From assembly GCA_035307465.1 (NCBI GenBank), contig DATGIA010000019.1:6905-70904 (forward strand): DNA of 64,000 nt, written 5' to 3'. This DNA is from Steroidobacteraceae bacterium (GTDB lineage: Bacteria; Pseudomonadota; Gammaproteobacteria; Steroidobacterales; Steroidobacteraceae). The notes beneath the pieces are model-generated. The model worked only from the letters and a program-made list of their open reading frames with translations. It was not told where the DNA came from and made no database searches. Position 1 is the first letter of the stretch. Every line of letters starts with the position of its first letter. The position numbers and the translations under genes are program-made. Below, in pieces: positions 41,543-52,936 of this stretch.

Positions 41543-42762
41543 TGGGCAGATCCGGGGGATGCGGTGGATGCGGGGGAGGCGGATTCACCGGGGTGCTGCG
41601 AGGCGGCGTGCAGCTCGAGCACCGCCTCGGCGGCGCGCCCGCTCGCATCACGCCTGAGGACGGTGTGCATTCGGGTGAATTCCTCTTCCAGGGCCGCGCG
41701 CGCGGCGCCGTCGGTCAGCCACCGGGCGAGCTCCGCGGCGATCGCCTCGGGGACGATCTGATCCTGAAAATACTCGCCGACGACGCGCCGCTCCGCAAGT
41801 AGGTTGGGCTGGGCGAAGAAAGGGGATTTCACCAGTTTCAGATGCTTGATCAGGGCGGCCGTGAGCGCGCCGAGGCGATACACCACCACCATCGGGCGCT
41901 TGCAGAGCGCCGCCTCGAGACTCGCGGTGCCGGAGGCAACGAGCGCGGCGTTCGAGGCGATGAGGGCGCTCTGCGCCTGGCCATCGATGAGCGTCACCGG
42001 GATCTGCGGCACCTGGCGGGCGAGGGTCGCGGCAAAGAGGGCGCGGGTCGCGGCGCTTGCGAGCGGCGCAATGAAGCGCACGTCAGGACGCTGCTTCGCG
42101 AGAGCCTTGACGGTCGCGGCGAAATCGCCCGCGAGTCGCGACACCTCGCCGCGGCGGCTTCCGGGCAGGAGCGCGACGATCGGCGCATTGGCCGGCAGCC
42201 CGAGCGCCCGGCGGGCGGCTTCCCGATCCACCGCAAGGGGGATCGCATCGGCGAGCGGATGGCCGACGAATTGCGCGCGCACGCCATGATCGAGGTAGAA
42301 GCGCTGCTCGAAGGGCAACAGGCACAGCACCAGGTCGACGGCGCGATGCATGTCGGCGACGCGTCGCTGGCGCCAGGCCCAGACCTGCGGGCTGACGTAC
42401 TGCACGGTGGGGATCCCGGCGGCGCGCAGGTCGCGGGCGAGCCGCAGATTGAATTCGGGGGAATCGATGCCGATGAACACATCGGGCGGGTCTTTCAGAA
42501 AACGGTCGCGGATCTGATCCTTCAAGCGCTTGAGGCGCGGCAGCTCGCGCACCACTTCGAACAGCCCCATCACGGCGAGCGACTCGGCGGGCTCCCACAC
42601 GGTGCAGCCGGCGGCCTGCATCTTCGGGCCCGCCACGCCGGCGCAGACGAGCTCATCGACCCGGGCGCGCAACGCCTCGATCAGGGCTGCCCCGAGCGTG
42701 TCTCCCGACGCCTCCCCCGCCACCAGTCCCACCCGCAGGCGCTTGGAGTTCGTCAACACCAT
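41539..42762 (-). CDS. lpxB: Lipid-A-disaccharide synthase
   Basis: ORF 41539..42813(-). The track start is TTG 42813, overlapping lpxA by 11 nt; ATG 42762 is chosen (MVLTNSKRLRVGLVAGEASGD). Confidence 0.9.
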   Translation of the reverse strand: MVLTNSKRLRVGLVAGEASGDTLGAALIEALRARVDELVCAGVAGPKMQAAGCTVWEPAESLAVMGLFEVVRELPRLKRLKDQIRDRFLKDPPDVFIGIDSPEFNLRLARDLRAAGIPTVQYVSPQVWAWRQRRVADMHRAVDLVLCLLPFEQRFYLDHGVRAQFVGHPLADAIPLAVDREAARRALGLPANAPIVALLPGSRRGEVSRLAGDFAATVKALAKQRPDVRFIAPLASAATRALFAATLARQVPQIPVTLIDGQAQSALIASNAALVASGTASLEAALCKRPMVVVYRLGALTAALIKHLKLVKSPFFAQPNLLAERRVVGEYFQDQIVPEAIAAELARWLTDGAARAALEEEFTRMHTVLRRDASGRAAEAVLELHAASQHPGESASPASTASPGSAQ

Positions 42763-42802
42763 GGAGGGGGCCTGCTTGCCGCTCGCGACGCCTGAGCTCT
42801 CG

Positions 42803-43573
42803 TTATCGAACAATGCTGCGGTTGCTGTTCTTGATGAACTCGACGAACGGGGCGATCTCCGCCTGCGTGCACGCCGCCTGCTCGAGCTGCGCGAGGGCCT
42901 CCTCGAGCTTCTGTCCCGAGCGGTACAGGATCCTGAAGGCCCGGCGAATGTTCTGGATCTGCTCGGCGTTGAAGCCGCGCCGCTTCAAGCCCTCGGAGTT
43001 CACGCTGTGCGGAACGGCCGGTCGGCCCACCGCCATCAGATAAGGCGGCACATCGCGCGTCACCATGGCGTTGTGCGCGAGGAAGGCGTGGGCCCCGATC
43101 TTGCAGAACTGATGCACGGCGGACAGCCCGCCCATGATGACCCAGTCGCCGAGATCGACGTGCCCGCCGAGCGTGGCGCAGTTCGCCATCACGATCTGAT
43201 TGCCGAGCTGGCAGTCGTGGGCGACGTGCGAGTAAGCCATGAGCAGGTTGTCATCGCCGATGCGCGTCACTCCATGGCCGGTCACGGTGCCCCGGTTCAC
43301 GGTCACCGACTCGCGGATCACGTTGCGATCGCCGATCTCGAGCCGGGTCGGCTCGCCCCGGTACTTCTTGTCCTGGGGCGCATCGCCGATCGAGGCGAAT
43401 TGGTAGATGCGATTCTCCGCGCCGATGCGCGTCGGTCCGTTGATGACCACATGCGGTCCGATCCAGGTGCGAGACCCGATGACGACCTGGGCGCCGATCA
43501 CGCTGAAAGGCCCGATCTCCACGTCCGCTGCGATCTCGGCCTGCGGCGAGACCACCGCGCGTGCATCGATCAT
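42803..43573 (-). CDS. lpxA: Acyl-ACP--UDP-N-acetylglucosamine O-acyltransferase
   Basis: Last 256 codons of ORF 42803..43651(-): [27 protein letters not shown]..., left-handed beta-helix hexapeptide repeats. ATGA overlap with the fabZ stop. Confidence 0.95.
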   Translation of the reverse strand: MIDARAVVSPQAEIAADVEIGPFSVIGAQVVIGSRTWIGPHVVINGPTRIGAENRIYQFASIGDAPQDKKYRGEPTRLEIGDRNVIRESVTVNRGTVTGHGVTRIGDDNLLMAYSHVAHDCQLGNQIVMANCATLGGHVDLGDWVIMGGLSAVHQFCKIGAHAFLAHNAMVTRDVPPYLMAVGRPAVPHSVNSEGLKRRGFNAEQIQNIRRAFRILYRSGQKLEEALAQLEQAACTQAEIAPFVEFIKNSNRSIVR

Positions 43574-44034
43574 CGGGCGGGACCCTTCGTTTCCGGCGCG
43601 ACCATGATCTCGGCGGAGGCCACCTCCGCACCGCCCACTTCGGCCGTACACTCGAATTTCCAGATTCCCTTGAAGGAGCGTTTCAGCACCACCTTGAGCA
43701 GGAGCTGATCACCCGGCTCCACGGGCTTGCGGAAGCGCGCGTGGTCGATCGCGACGAAATAGAAGCGGGTCTCGGAGTCGGGTACGACCCCGGCGGTGAG
43801 GAAGGCGAGCACGCCGCACGTCTGGGCGAGCGCCTCGATGATGATCACGCCCGGCATGACGGGCCGGTGGGGAAAATGCCCCGTGAAGAACGGCTCGTTG
43901 AAGGTCACGTTCTTGATCGCGTGACAGTACTCGCCCGCCTGGCAGGCGAGCACCCGGTCGACCAGCAAGAAGGGATACCGGTGCGGCAACAGCCGCATGA
44001 CCGCCTCGATATCGAGCTTCACAGGCTCCGCCAT
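43570..44034 (-). CDS. fabZ: 3-hydroxyacyl-ACP dehydratase FabZ
   Basis: ORF 43570..44037(-). The track start is TTG; the adjacent ATG 44034 is chosen. [28 protein letters not shown]. Confidence 0.96.
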   Translation of the reverse strand: MAEPVKLDIEAVMRLLPHRYPFLLVDRVLACQAGEYCHAIKNVTFNEPFFTGHFPHRPVMPGVIIIEALAQTCGVLAFLTAGVVPDSETRFYFVAIDHARFRKPVEPGDQLLLKVVLKRSFKGIWKFECTAEVGGAEVASAEIMVAPETKGPAR

Positions 44035-45029
44035 CAATGCTGCTCCTTTCCTTTCTCACCGAATTTTCGCAGATGCGCCACCATGCGCCGCCAGGCGCGG
44101 GTCGGCACCGTCGGCATGCCGCTCGAGTAGCTGCCGGCCGCGTGAATCGAGTGGCTCACGAGGCTGCAGCCGGTCACGACGACGTCGTCCGCGATGGTGA
44201 GGTGGCCGGCGAAGCCGACCATCCCACCGATCATGCAGCGCTGCCCCAGGACGGTGGAGCCCGAGATGCCGGTACAACCCGCAATGGCGGTGTGCGCGCC
44301 GATCACGACGTTGTGACCCACTTGGATCTGATTGTCCAGCTTGACGCCGTCCTCGATGACCGTGTCGTCGATGGCGCCGCGGTCGATGGTGGTGTTCGCG
44401 CCGATCTCGACATCATCGCCCACCCGCACGCTGCCGAGCTGGGGCACCTTCACCCAGCGCCCACGGTCGGGCGCGAAGCCGAACCCGTCCGAGCCGACCA
44501 CCGCTCCGGCATGCAGCAGGCAGCGCGCGCCGATCTCGATGCCCGGATAGAGATGGACGCGTCCGACCAGACGCGAGTCGGCGCCGACGCGGGCGCCGCG
44601 CCCGAGGATGCAGGCCGGCCCGACGACCACACGCTCGCCGATTTCAACCTCCTCCTCGATGAGCGCGAGCGCACCGATCGCGGCGCTCGGCGCGACCCGC
44701 GCGCCCGGCGAGACGATGGCGCTCGGATGCACCCCGGGCTCGACGGCCGGCGGCGGGTGCAGGTGCGCGGCGATGCGCGCGTAGGCGAGATAGGGGTTGT
44801 CCGTGACGAGCGCGGCCGCCGGGCAGCTCTCGAGGTCGGCCGGTGCGAGCACCACGGCGCTCGCGCGCGTCGCGGCAAGCGCCCGCCGGTAGCGGGGGTT
44901 GGCCAGGAAGCTCAGGGCGCCGGGCTCAGCCTGCGCCAGCGTCGCAACGCGCGTGATGCGCAGTTCAGGCTCACCTCTGAGCTCGAGCCCGAAGCGGACC
45001 GCCAGCTCGCCGAGCAGCATCGAGCTCAT
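44034..45029 (-). CDS. lpxD: UDP-3-O-acylglucosamine N-acyltransferase
   Basis: ORF 44034..45029(-), 331 aa. Hexapeptide repeats, with the expected position between skp and fabZ. Confidence 0.95.
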   Translation of the reverse strand: MSSMLLGELAVRFGLELRGEPELRITRVATLAQAEPGALSFLANPRYRRALAATRASAVVLAPADLESCPAAALVTDNPYLAYARIAAHLHPPPAVEPGVHPSAIVSPGARVAPSAAIGALALIEEEVEIGERVVVGPACILGRGARVGADSRLVGRVHLYPGIEIGARCLLHAGAVVGSDGFGFAPDRGRWVKVPQLGSVRVGDDVEIGANTTIDRGAIDDTVIEDGVKLDNQIQVGHNVVIGAHTAIAGCTGISGSTVLGQRCMIGGMVGFAGHLTIADDVVVTGCSLVSHSIHAAGSYSSGMPTVPTRAWRRMVAHLRKFGEKGKEQH

Positions 45030-45085
45030 CCAACAATCTTAGCGCGGCGCGGGAGGAAACGCCGGGCTTCCTGCGTGCCGAGGCG

Positions 45086-45655
45086 CTACTTCGGCGTGCT
45101 GGGCTTGGCGGGCGCGGCCGGCGCGGCCGCCGCGGGGATGGTTGCGGGCTTCGCGTTCAGCACGGCCAGTATGTTGCTCGTGATGTCATACGAAGGCTTC
45201 GCGAAGAACACACCCTCGCCCAGCACCAGGTCGAAGCCCTGCTGGGCCGCGTAGGTCTGGATCTCCTCGGCGATGAAGCGCTGCACACGGCCGAGCTCCT
45301 CGTTCCTGCGCGTATTGACGTCGTCCTGGTATTCGCCCGCCTTGCGCGAGAACTCGCGCTGCTGATCGCGCAGCGACTTCTCCGTCTTGACCCGATCGGG
45401 CTCGGACATCAGCGCGCCTTCCTTCTGCAGCTTCTCGTCCTTCGCCTTGAGATCGTTCTGCATCGAGGTGAGCTCACGCTCGCGCGGCCCGAACTCGTTC
45501 TTCAGAGTCTGCATCGCGCTCTTGGTCTGGGGAGCATCCTGCAGAAGCTTCTGGAAGCTGACGACGCCCACCTTCATTTCGGCGCTCGCCGTGGCACTCA
45601 CGAACACGCACAGGAGGAGCCCTAGCCAGGGAATGCTGCGGTTGAAAGTCGACAT
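45086..45655 (-). CDS. skp: Periplasmic chaperone Skp (OmpH family)
   Basis: ORF 45086..45655(-), 189 aa. Signal peptide ...SATASA, then a coiled-coil-rich body. Lies between bamA and lpxD. Confidence 0.9.
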   Translation of the reverse strand: MSTFNRSIPWLGLLLCVFVSATASAEMKVGVVSFQKLLQDAPQTKSAMQTLKNEFGPRERELTSMQNDLKAKDEKLQKEGALMSEPDRVKTEKSLRDQQREFSRKAGEYQDDVNTRRNEELGRVQRFIAEEIQTYAAQQGFDLVLGEGVFFAKPSYDITSNILAVLNAKPATIPAAAAPAAPAKPSTPK

Positions 45656-45688
45656 GGTACTTTGGTACGAACCTCTGATGGTTGTAGG

Positions 45689-48187
45689 TCAAAAGGCCTG
45701 ACCGATCGAAAACTGAAAGCGCTCCGTCTGATCGTTGAACTTCGTCGTGCTGCCCGGGAAGGCGTTCAACGGAATGCCGTACGAAAAACGGAACAATCCC
45801 AGGGGCGCAAGCCACTGGACCGCGATTCCGGTCGATCTCTTCAGGTCATTATATCTGAAATGATAATCGACCGGCGTCACATCGTCCTCGCCCAGGAACC
45901 TGACCTTGTTGCCGGTGTAGAAGACGTTGCCCATGTCGAAGAAGGCGCTTACCCGGGCGGCGCTCTTCCACTTATCCGGCACCGGAAAGAGCAGCTCCAG
46001 GCGGCTCACGATGCGGAAATTACCGCCGAAGGGGTTGCCGATTCCGATGTTGTCGCGCGGCCCCAGGGTGCTCTCCCGATAGCCGCGTACGCTGTCGGGA
46101 CCGCCCGCGAAATAATTCAAATAGGGCGGCAGGTACGTCGTCTTGCCGAGCGCCGAGGCGTAGTCGACCTGCGCGTTGTACGACAGCAGCCACTTGCGCC
46201 AGATGGGCACGTACTGCAGGAACTGCAGGTTGAGCGCGTAGTAGCGCACCTCGCTCAAGGGCAGCGCGTAGCGCCCGGACACGGCGAGGTGAAAGCCGCG
46301 GTCGGCGAACAGGGCGCGGTTGCGCGTGTCGAAGTTCCAGCCCCCCGTGATCTCGTAGGTGTAGAAGTTCGTGCCGTACACGGTGTAGGGCGTATCGAGC
46401 GAGTTGATGATCCCGTCGCCGTTGGTGTCGTCCAGGTAGCTCGTGAACGTGTTGCCGTTGTGCTGCACCCAATCAATCGCCTGCTGGGCGCTGTAGCCCT
46501 GCGAGACCACGAGCTCGTTCTTGTTCGCTGCCGCACCGATCGAGAGGTACTGATACTCGGTGATCGGATAGGAGAGCGTCTCGGCGAGCGTCAATTGCTT
46601 GGTCGAGAACTTCGAGGCGGCGGCCACGAACTGCGTCACGTCGCGATAGGTGAGCGAGGTCGTGCGCGCGATGCCGTCGATGGTCGTGTACGGGTTGGTG
46701 TGCGCGAAGGTGTAGGTCTTGCTGTAGACGCCGGCATTCACCTCGAGCGCGATGCGCTCGCCGGTGCCCATGAAGTTGCTGTGCACGAAATTCGCATTGA
46801 TCGAAAAGCGCTGCGCCTCGGAGTAGCCGATGCCGCCGCCGAACTGGCCGGGCAGGCCCTCCTTGATGTTGTAGTCGACATCGACCAGATCCGCGCTTCC
46901 CGCCACGGGCTTGGTCTCGAACTCCACCTTCTCGATGTAGGGGAGCCGCTGCAGGCGCTCCTTGGAGCGCTCGACAGCTGAATTCGACAGCCACCCGCCC
47001 TCGAGCTGACGCATCTCGCGGCGCAGGGTCTCGTCGTTGATGGCGCTGGTGTTGTTGAAATTGATGTGCCGCACGTACACGCGGTTGCCGGGCTCGATGA
47101 AGAAGGTGAGCGAGACGGTCTTCTTCTCGTTGTCGGGCGTCGGCACCGGGTCGATCTTCGAGAAGGCGTAGCCGTCGGCCCCGAGGCGATAGCTCATCGC
47201 CTCCTGCGAATTGGTGACCGCCTTGCGCGAGAAGATGTCGCCGGGGTGAATCTGCAGCAGCCGCTTGAGCTGCTCCTCGGGCACCACCATGGTGCCGGCA
47301 AGCTTGATCTCCGAGACGCGAAACACATCACCTTCGTTCACGTTGATGGTGATGTACATGTTGTCTTTCTCGGGTGCGATCGTCACCTGCGTCGACTCGA
47401 TCTGGAAGTTGGCGTAGCCGCGGTCCATGTAGTAGGAGCGCAGCTTTTCCAGGTCGCCGGTGAGAGACTCACGCGAGTACCGGTCGTCCTGCTTGTACCA
47501 GGAGAGCCAGTTGGGCGTCTTCAGCTCGAAGGTCTGCAGGATGTCCTTTTCCTTGAACCTCGTGTCGCCCACGAGGTTGATCATCTCGATCTTGGCGCGC
47601 TTGCCCTCCTTGATGTCGATCACGACGTCGACCTTGTTGCCCGGCAGGTCCGTGACCTTGGTGTCGATGCGCACGGCATACTTGCCGCGGCTGAAGTACT
47701 GATCGGTGAGGTACTGCTTGACCTCATCGAGCACGGAGCGGTCGAAGGTCTTGCCCTGCGCAAGGCCGACGTTGCGCAGGCTCTTGGTGAGATCCTCGGT
47801 CTTGATGTCCTTGTTGCCCTTGATCTCGAACTTGCCGATCGAGGGCCGCTCGATCACGACGACGAGGAGCGTGTTGCCGTCGCGTCTGAGCTCGACGTCG
47901 CGGAAGAAGCCGGTCGCGTAGAGGGCGCGCATCGCCTCCTGGATGCGCTGCTCATCGAGATGATCGCCGATGTTGACCGGCAGGTAGTTGAAGACCGTGC
48001 CTTCGGAGATGCGCTGCAGGCCCTCGACCCGGATGTCGCCCACCACGAAGCTGTCGGCCGATGGCGCCTGCGCGAACACGGGCGCTGCGAGAGGCTGGAG
48101 CGCGAGCGCCACCAGCCCGACCCGCCGGATGTCAAATCGCACGCGACGCCGACCGCAGATAGTCCCGCTGCGCAGCGCACGCGCCAA
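45689..48187 (-). CDS. bamA: Outer membrane protein assembly factor BamA
   Basis: ORF 45689..48187(-), 832 aa. POTRA repeats (VGDIRVEGLQRISEGTVFNYL...) and a C-terminal beta-barrel ending ...FQFSIGQAF. The track start is TTG 48187; GTG 48142 (VRFDIRRVGLVALAL...) is an alternative. Confidence 0.95.
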   Translation of the reverse strand: MARALRSGTICGRRRVRFDIRRVGLVALALQPLAAPVFAQAPSADSFVVGDIRVEGLQRISEGTVFNYLPVNIGDHLDEQRIQEAMRALYATGFFRDVELRRDGNTLLVVVIERPSIGKFEIKGNKDIKTEDLTKSLRNVGLAQGKTFDRSVLDEVKQYLTDQYFSRGKYAVRIDTKVTDLPGNKVDVVIDIKEGKRAKIEMINLVGDTRFKEKDILQTFELKTPNWLSWYKQDDRYSRESLTGDLEKLRSYYMDRGYANFQIESTQVTIAPEKDNMYITINVNEGDVFRVSEIKLAGTMVVPEEQLKRLLQIHPGDIFSRKAVTNSQEAMSYRLGADGYAFSKIDPVPTPDNEKKTVSLTFFIEPGNRVYVRHINFNNTSAINDETLRREMRQLEGGWLSNSAVERSKERLQRLPYIEKVEFETKPVAGSADLVDVDYNIKEGLPGQFGGGIGYSEAQRFSINANFVHSNFMGTGERIALEVNAGVYSKTYTFAHTNPYTTIDGIARTTSLTYRDVTQFVAAASKFSTKQLTLAETLSYPITEYQYLSIGAAANKNELVVSQGYSAQQAIDWVQHNGNTFTSYLDDTNGDGIINSLDTPYTVYGTNFYTYEITGGWNFDTRNRALFADRGFHLAVSGRYALPLSEVRYYALNLQFLQYVPIWRKWLLSYNAQVDYASALGKTTYLPPYLNYFAGGPDSVRGYRESTLGPRDNIGIGNPFGGNFRIVSRLELLFPVPDKWKSAARVSAFFDMGNVFYTGNKVRFLGEDDVTPVDYHFRYNDLKRSTGIAVQWLAPLGLFRFSYGIPLNAFPGSTTKFNDQTERFQFSIGQAF

Positions 48188-48234
48188 GGCGCCGCTTCCT
48201 GGCCTTAAGGCTCGGATGAGTCATGATTCCCCAA

Positions 48235-49605
48235 TCAGTTCAGATGTCGTGAAATATCGTTATAGAAAGCCAGGCTCATCAACACGACCAGCAAAGCGAT
48301 CCCCACCTGCTGCCCGAAATTCTGCGCGCGCTCCGACAGCGGGCTGCCCTTCACACCCTCCACCAGCTGGTAGAGGACCTGGCCGCCGTCGAGCAGCGGC
48401 ACCGGCATGAGATTGAGCACTCCGAGGCTCACGCTGATGATGGCCAGAAAGGACAGAAACGCGGCGACGCCGAGCTGTGCGCTCATGCCGGCGAACTCCG
48501 CGATGCTGATCGGGCCGGAGATGTTCTTGGCCGAGACCTGTCCGGTCAAGATGCGCCAGAGCATCTGCACGGTGAGCGCGGACATCTCCCACGTCTTTTC
48601 CGCGCCGATCGCCAGCGCGGCGAGCGGTCCCGACCGACGCGTCTCGGTGAGCCCGGGCGGCCAGGAGCGGTCCTTCTCGGGCCTGAGCGTGATGCCGAGC
48701 CGGCCGATCGTGTGACCCTGCTCGCTCACCTCGGGAATCGCCGCCTCGAGGTGCACCGGGCTCGCGCCGCGCTCGACCTCGATGTCGAGCGTGCGCCCGG
48801 CCGAGCTGCTCACCCAGGACTGAAATTCCAAGCTGTTCGCGATCGGCTGTCCGTCCACCGCGAGCACGCGGTCCCCGGCCTTGAGGCCGGCCCGCGCGCC
48901 GGCGCTCGAGGGCGGCACCGTATCGATGACGGTGGCCGCGCGCCAGGTCGCCAGATCGAAGCCCAGGCCCGGCAGCAATCGGCCGGGCTCGGTGAGGGGA
49001 CGAGTGTCCTGCGTCACGCGCAGCGTGACCGGCAGCTCCTGGCCCGAGCGACGAACCTCGAGCGGCACGACACCGTCGCTCGAGAGCTCGCGCAACAGAT
49101 CGATCTGCAGCTCCTCCGTGTCGGCGACCGGGTGGCTGCCGACGCGCACGATCTCATCGCCCCGCTTCAGGCCCGCCGCCGCGGCCGGACTGTCGAGGTG
49201 CACCTGCCCGACCACCGGCTTGACCACCTCGGTGCCGACCATGGCGAGCGCCGCATAGATGAGCGTCGCGAGCAAGAGGTTCATTGCGGGGCCCGCGAGC
49301 AGCACCGCTATTCGATGCGCCACCGGCCGGCGCGTGAAGGAGCGGTGCAGCTCGGCGGGGGCGACCTCGCCCTCGCGCTCATCGAGCAGCTTGACGTACC
49401 CGCCCAATGGAATGGCGGCCAGGCAGTACTCGGTATGATCGGGACCGCGGCCGCGACGCATGAGCAGTGGCTTGCCGAATCCGATACTGAAACGCAGCAC
49501 CTTGAAGCCGAGCCGCTTCGCCACCCAGTAGTGTCCAAACTCGTGGACGGCCACCAGTATCCCGATCGCGGCCAGGAAGGCGGCGACAAAAATCAGCATT
49601 TTCAT
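48235..49605 (-). CDS. rseP: Site-2 (RIP) zinc metalloprotease RseP
   Basis: ORF 48235..49605(-), 456 aa. [11 protein letters not shown], two PDZ-like segments, [11 protein letters not shown]. Confidence 0.95.
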   Translation of the reverse strand: MKMLIFVAAFLAAIGILVAVHEFGHYWVAKRLGFKVLRFSIGFGKPLLMRRGRGPDHTEYCLAAIPLGGYVKLLDEREGEVAPAELHRSFTRRPVAHRIAVLLAGPAMNLLLATLIYAALAMVGTEVVKPVVGQVHLDSPAAAAGLKRGDEIVRVGSHPVADTEELQIDLLRELSSDGVVPLEVRRSGQELPVTLRVTQDTRPLTEPGRLLPGLGFDLATWRAATVIDTVPPSSAGARAGLKAGDRVLAVDGQPIANSLEFQSWVSSSAGRTLDIEVERGASPVHLEAAIPEVSEQGHTIGRLGITLRPEKDRSWPPGLTETRRSGPLAALAIGAEKTWEMSALTVQMLWRILTGQVSAKNISGPISIAEFAGMSAQLGVAAFLSFLAIISVSLGVLNLMPVPLLDGGQVLYQLVEGVKGSPLSERAQNFGQQVGIALLVVLMSLAFYNDISRHLN

Positions 49606-50801
49606 GCAAGGGCTCCATGCGCGGCCTCGATCAGGTCGACGGCCAGGCGTCGCGCAGCGGCGTCGGCGTCCAATACATCACCCAGCTCTCGCACGGGGCG
49701 CGCATCGAGGCGCTGCAACACCTTGTCAATGACCGTGGGTATCGCGGTAAAGTTCAAGCGCCGGTCGAGAAACGCCTGTACTGCGACCTCGTTCGCGGCA
49801 TTCAACACCGCGGGCGCCGTACCGCCCGCGCGGGCCGCAGCCCGTGCAAGGCCGAGACTCGGGAAGCGGGTGTGGTCGGGCGGCTCGAAATCAAGCCGTC
49901 CGATCTGACTGAGGTTCAAGGATTGTACACCGGAAAGGACGCGCTCCGGCCACGCAAGGGCCTGCGCAATCGGGGTGCGCATGTCCGGCGCGCCGAGCTG
50001 CGCGAGCAGCGAGCCGTCCGCATACTCGACCAGCGAGTGCACGAGGCTCTGCGGATGCACGACCACCTCGACCTGCGGCTCGGGCAAGCCGAAGAGCAGC
50101 GTCGCTTCGATCACCTCGAGCCCCTTGTTCATGAGCGTTGCGGAGTCCACCGAGATCTTGCGACCCATTTTCCACTTCGGATGGGCGCATGCCTCGTCCG
50201 GCGTCACGGTCTCGAGGCTCCCAGGCTCGGCGCAACGAAAAGGTCCACCGGAGGCCGTGAGGATGATGCGCACCACACCGGCGGCCTTCTCTCCGGGGAG
50301 ATACCCGCCCGGCATGCACTGGAAGATGGCGTTGTGCTCGCTGTCGATCGGAATGAGCTCGGTGCGCCCGCGCCGCACCTCCTCCATGAGGAGGTGGCCC
50401 GCCATCACCAGCGACTCCTTGTTGGCGAGCAGCACGCGCTTGCCGGCGCGCGCCGCGGCGAGCGTCGGCAGCAGTCCGGCCGCACCCACGATCGCCGCCA
50501 TGACGATCTGCACGTTCGCGCCGCTCACGGACGCCGCGAGGGCGGCGGCGCCGCTCTCGACCTGGGTGCTCGAGCCGGCCTGCGCGAGCGCGGCGCGCGC
50601 CCGCCCCGCGGCCTCCGCATTGGCCAGCACCACCGTGTCGGGCCGGAATCTCAACGCCTGCTCGACCACGCTCTCCCAGCTTCCCTGGGCACCGAGCATC
50701 GCCACGCGAAAGCGCTCCGGATGCAGCTCGATCACGCTCAGGGTGCTGCGACCGATGCTGCCCGTCGATCCGAGGATCGCGATGCCGGCGGGCGCACTCA
50801 T
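49602..50801 (-). CDS. dxr: 1-deoxy-D-xylulose 5-phosphate reductoisomerase
   Basis: Last 399 codons of ORF 49602..51485(-): [21 protein letters not shown]... ATGA overlaps with cdsA and rseP. Confidence 0.96.
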   Translation of the reverse strand: MSAPAGIAILGSTGSIGRSTLSVIELHPERFRVAMLGAQGSWESVVEQALRFRPDTVVLANAEAAGRARAALAQAGSSTQVESGAAALAASVSGANVQIVMAAIVGAAGLLPTLAAARAGKRVLLANKESLVMAGHLLMEEVRRGRTELIPIDSEHNAIFQCMPGGYLPGEKAAGVVRIILTASGGPFRCAEPGSLETVTPDEACAHPKWKMGRKISVDSATLMNKGLEVIEATLLFGLPEPQVEVVVHPQSLVHSLVEYADGSLLAQLGAPDMRTPIAQALAWPERVLSGVQSLNLSQIGRLDFEPPDHTRFPSLGLARAAARAGGTAPAVLNAANEVAVQAFLDRRLNFTAIPTVIDKVLQRLDARPVRELGDVLDADAAARRLAVDLIEAAHGALA

Positions 50802-51610
50802 GCGATCACCCCCGTGCCGAACAGACCGAGCGCATAGAGCGGCGCAGCCGCGGTGACGCTGTCGATCCGATCGAGCACCCCGCCATGTCCGGGGAGCAGC
50901 GTCCCCGAGTCCTTCAAGCCCGCGCCGCGCTTGAACATGCTCTCCGTGAGATCGCCGATCACCGAGAAAATGCCGACCGCGCAGGCGAACGCGATGCTCG
51001 GCACCAGCGCCAGGTGCAAATCGAGCGCCGCCACCGCTGCCACGAGCGCAACGGCCACCAACCCGCCGCACGCACCCTCCCAGGTCTTGGCCGGACTCAC
51101 GCGCGGTGCGAGCTTCAGCCGCCCGAATTGCCGTCCCGCGAAAAACGCGCCGATGTCCGCAGCGATCACGATGAGAATCAGCCAGAGCACGATCTGCGAT
51201 CCCGGTACGGCGGCATGACTCGCGACCTGCAGCCGCGCGAGCGCGACAAAGGCCGGCACCAGCACGAACACGCCGGCGAGCAAGGCGATCGAGGAGCGAT
51301 GCCGTTCGGGCGCCCACAGCAGCCAGAGGAAGGCGAGCGACCACCAGGCGCAGGCGACGCTCAGAATCATCAGCAGATGGCCGAGGTCGGCGCTCCAGCG
51401 CCAGGCGAGATACCAGAGCAGAGCGATCGCGGCGGCGTAAGCGAGCCGCGCCGGCGCGCTGCGCAAGGCGCCGAACGCGGCCCATTCCCAGGCGCCGAGC
51501 GTGGCCACCAGGCCGAAGGCGTACACGGTGGCGCGCGGCGGGAGCACGAAGAGCCCGACGAACAGCAGCAGCGCGAGCACCGCGCCGGTCAGTACTCTGA
51601 GCCTAAGCAT
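50798..51610 (-). CDS. cdsA: Phosphatidate cytidylyltransferase
   Basis: ORF 50798..51610(-), 270 aa. Polytopic membrane protein with C-terminal signature [28 protein letters not shown]. Confidence 0.95.
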   Translation of the reverse strand: MLRLRVLTGAVLALLLFVGLFVLPPRATVYAFGLVATLGAWEWAAFGALRSAPARLAYAAAIALLWYLAWRWSADLGHLLMILSVACAWWSLAFLWLLWAPERHRSSIALLAGVFVLVPAFVALARLQVASHAAVPGSQIVLWLILIVIAADIGAFFAGRQFGRLKLAPRVSPAKTWEGACGGLVAVALVAAVAALDLHLALVPSIAFACAVGIFSVIGDLTESMFKRGAGLKDSGTLLPGHGGVLDRIDSVTAAAPLYALGLFGTGVIA

Positions 51611-52334
51611 CGGCCCCGGCCGCGATCTGTGCAGAGGTCTTGCCGAAGCGCCGCTCGCGCTGCGCGTAGAAATCGAGCGCGGCCGCGAAATCCGCCGGCG
51701 TGAAGGAGGGCCACAGCACGTCGGTGAAATACAGCTCGGTGTAGGCGAGATTCCACAGCAGGAAGTTGCTGATGCGCTGCTCGCCTCCGGTCCGGATGAG
51801 CAGATCCGGGTCCGGCACTGCGGCGAGCGCGAGGCGCTCGGCGACCTGCGCCTCGCCGATCTCGCCGGGCAGGAGCTTGCCCGCGGCGGCGTCCGCGGCG
51901 AGCGAGCGGCAGGCCTGCACCAGATCCCAGCGGCCCCCGTAGCCCATCGCGATCAGCAGGGTCAGGCCGGTATTCGCGGCGGTCAGCGCCTCTGCACCGC
52001 GCATGCGCTCGAGCAGGGCGGGCGCGAGGCGCTCGCGGTCGCCGATGAAACGCAGCCGCACCCGATGCTTGTGCAGGTTGGCGATCTCACGTCCCAGGGT
52101 GTCGAGGAACAGGCCCATCAGCATGCCCACCTCATCGGCCGGCCGCCGCCAGTTCTCGCTCGAGAAGGCGAACAGCGTCAGGAATCGCACCTCGCGCACG
52201 GCGCACTCCTCGACGATGCGCCGAACGACCTTGACGCTCGAGCGATGACCGGCCGGCCGCGGCAGGCCGCGTGAGCGTGCCCAGCGGCCGTTGCCGTCCA
52301 TGATGATGGCGACGTGCTGCGGCGTGGCTGCCAT
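51603..52334 (-). CDS. uppS: Di-trans,poly-cis-undecaprenyl-diphosphate synthase
   Basis: ORF 51603..52355(-). The track start is TTG; ATG 52334 is chosen (MAATPQHVAIIMDGNGRWA). FAFSSENWRRP. Confidence 0.93.
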   Translation of the reverse strand: MAATPQHVAIIMDGNGRWARSRGLPRPAGHRSSVKVVRRIVEECAVREVRFLTLFAFSSENWRRPADEVGMLMGLFLDTLGREIANLHKHRVRLRFIGDRERLAPALLERMRGAEALTAANTGLTLLIAMGYGGRWDLVQACRSLAADAAAGKLLPGEIGEAQVAERLALAAVPDPDLLIRTGGEQRISNFLLWNLAYTELYFTDVLWPSFTPADFAAALDFYAQRERRFGKTSAQIAAGADA

Positions 52335-52365
52335 GAGAGGTGTCAACAGGTCCAAGTCGGAAGGA

Positions 52366-52923
52366 TCAGACCTGCATCAGTTCCTTTTCCTTGTCCGCCA
52401 TCGCGTGATCGATCTCGGCGACGTGCTTGTCGGTGAGCTTCTGGATGTCCTCCTGCGCCCGCCGATCATCATCCTGCGCGATCAGCTTCTCCTTGAGCAT
52501 GTCCTTCAGCTTGGTGATCACCTCGCGACGCACGTTGCGCACCGAGACTCGCGCCGCCTCGGCCTCCGAGCGCACCACCTTGGTGATGTCCCGGCGGCGC
52601 TCCTCGGTGAGCGCCGGCATGGAGATGCGGATCAGCTGCCCCGCCGTGTTCGGAGTCAGGCCGAGGTCGGACTTGAGGATCGCCTTCTCGATCACCGACA
52701 CCATCGATTTCTCCCAGGGCGTGATCGTGATGGTGCGCGCGTCCTCGGTGGCGAGATTCGCAACCTGGTTGAGCGGCATCTCCGAGCCGTAGTAATCGAC
52801 CTTGATGTGCTCGATCAGACTGGTGTGCGCCCGCCCGGTGCGCAGCTTCTTCAGTTGATCACGGAACGCCGTGACGCATTTCTGCATGCGGATGTTCGCG
52901 TCCTTCTTGATGTCCTCGAGCAT
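52366..52923 (-). CDS. frr: Ribosome recycling factor
   Basis: Last 185 codons of ORF 52366..53076(-): MLEDIKKDANIRMQKCVTAFRDQLKKLRTGRA... Confidence 0.96.
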   Translation of the reverse strand: MLEDIKKDANIRMQKCVTAFRDQLKKLRTGRAHTSLIEHIKVDYYGSEMPLNQVANLATEDARTITITPWEKSMVSVIEKAILKSDLGLTPNTAGQLIRISMPALTEERRRDITKVVRSEAEAARVSVRNVRREVITKLKDMLKEKLIAQDDDRRAQEDIQKLTDKHVAEIDHAMADKEKELMQV

Positions 52924-52936
52924 GGAGCGGTTCCTC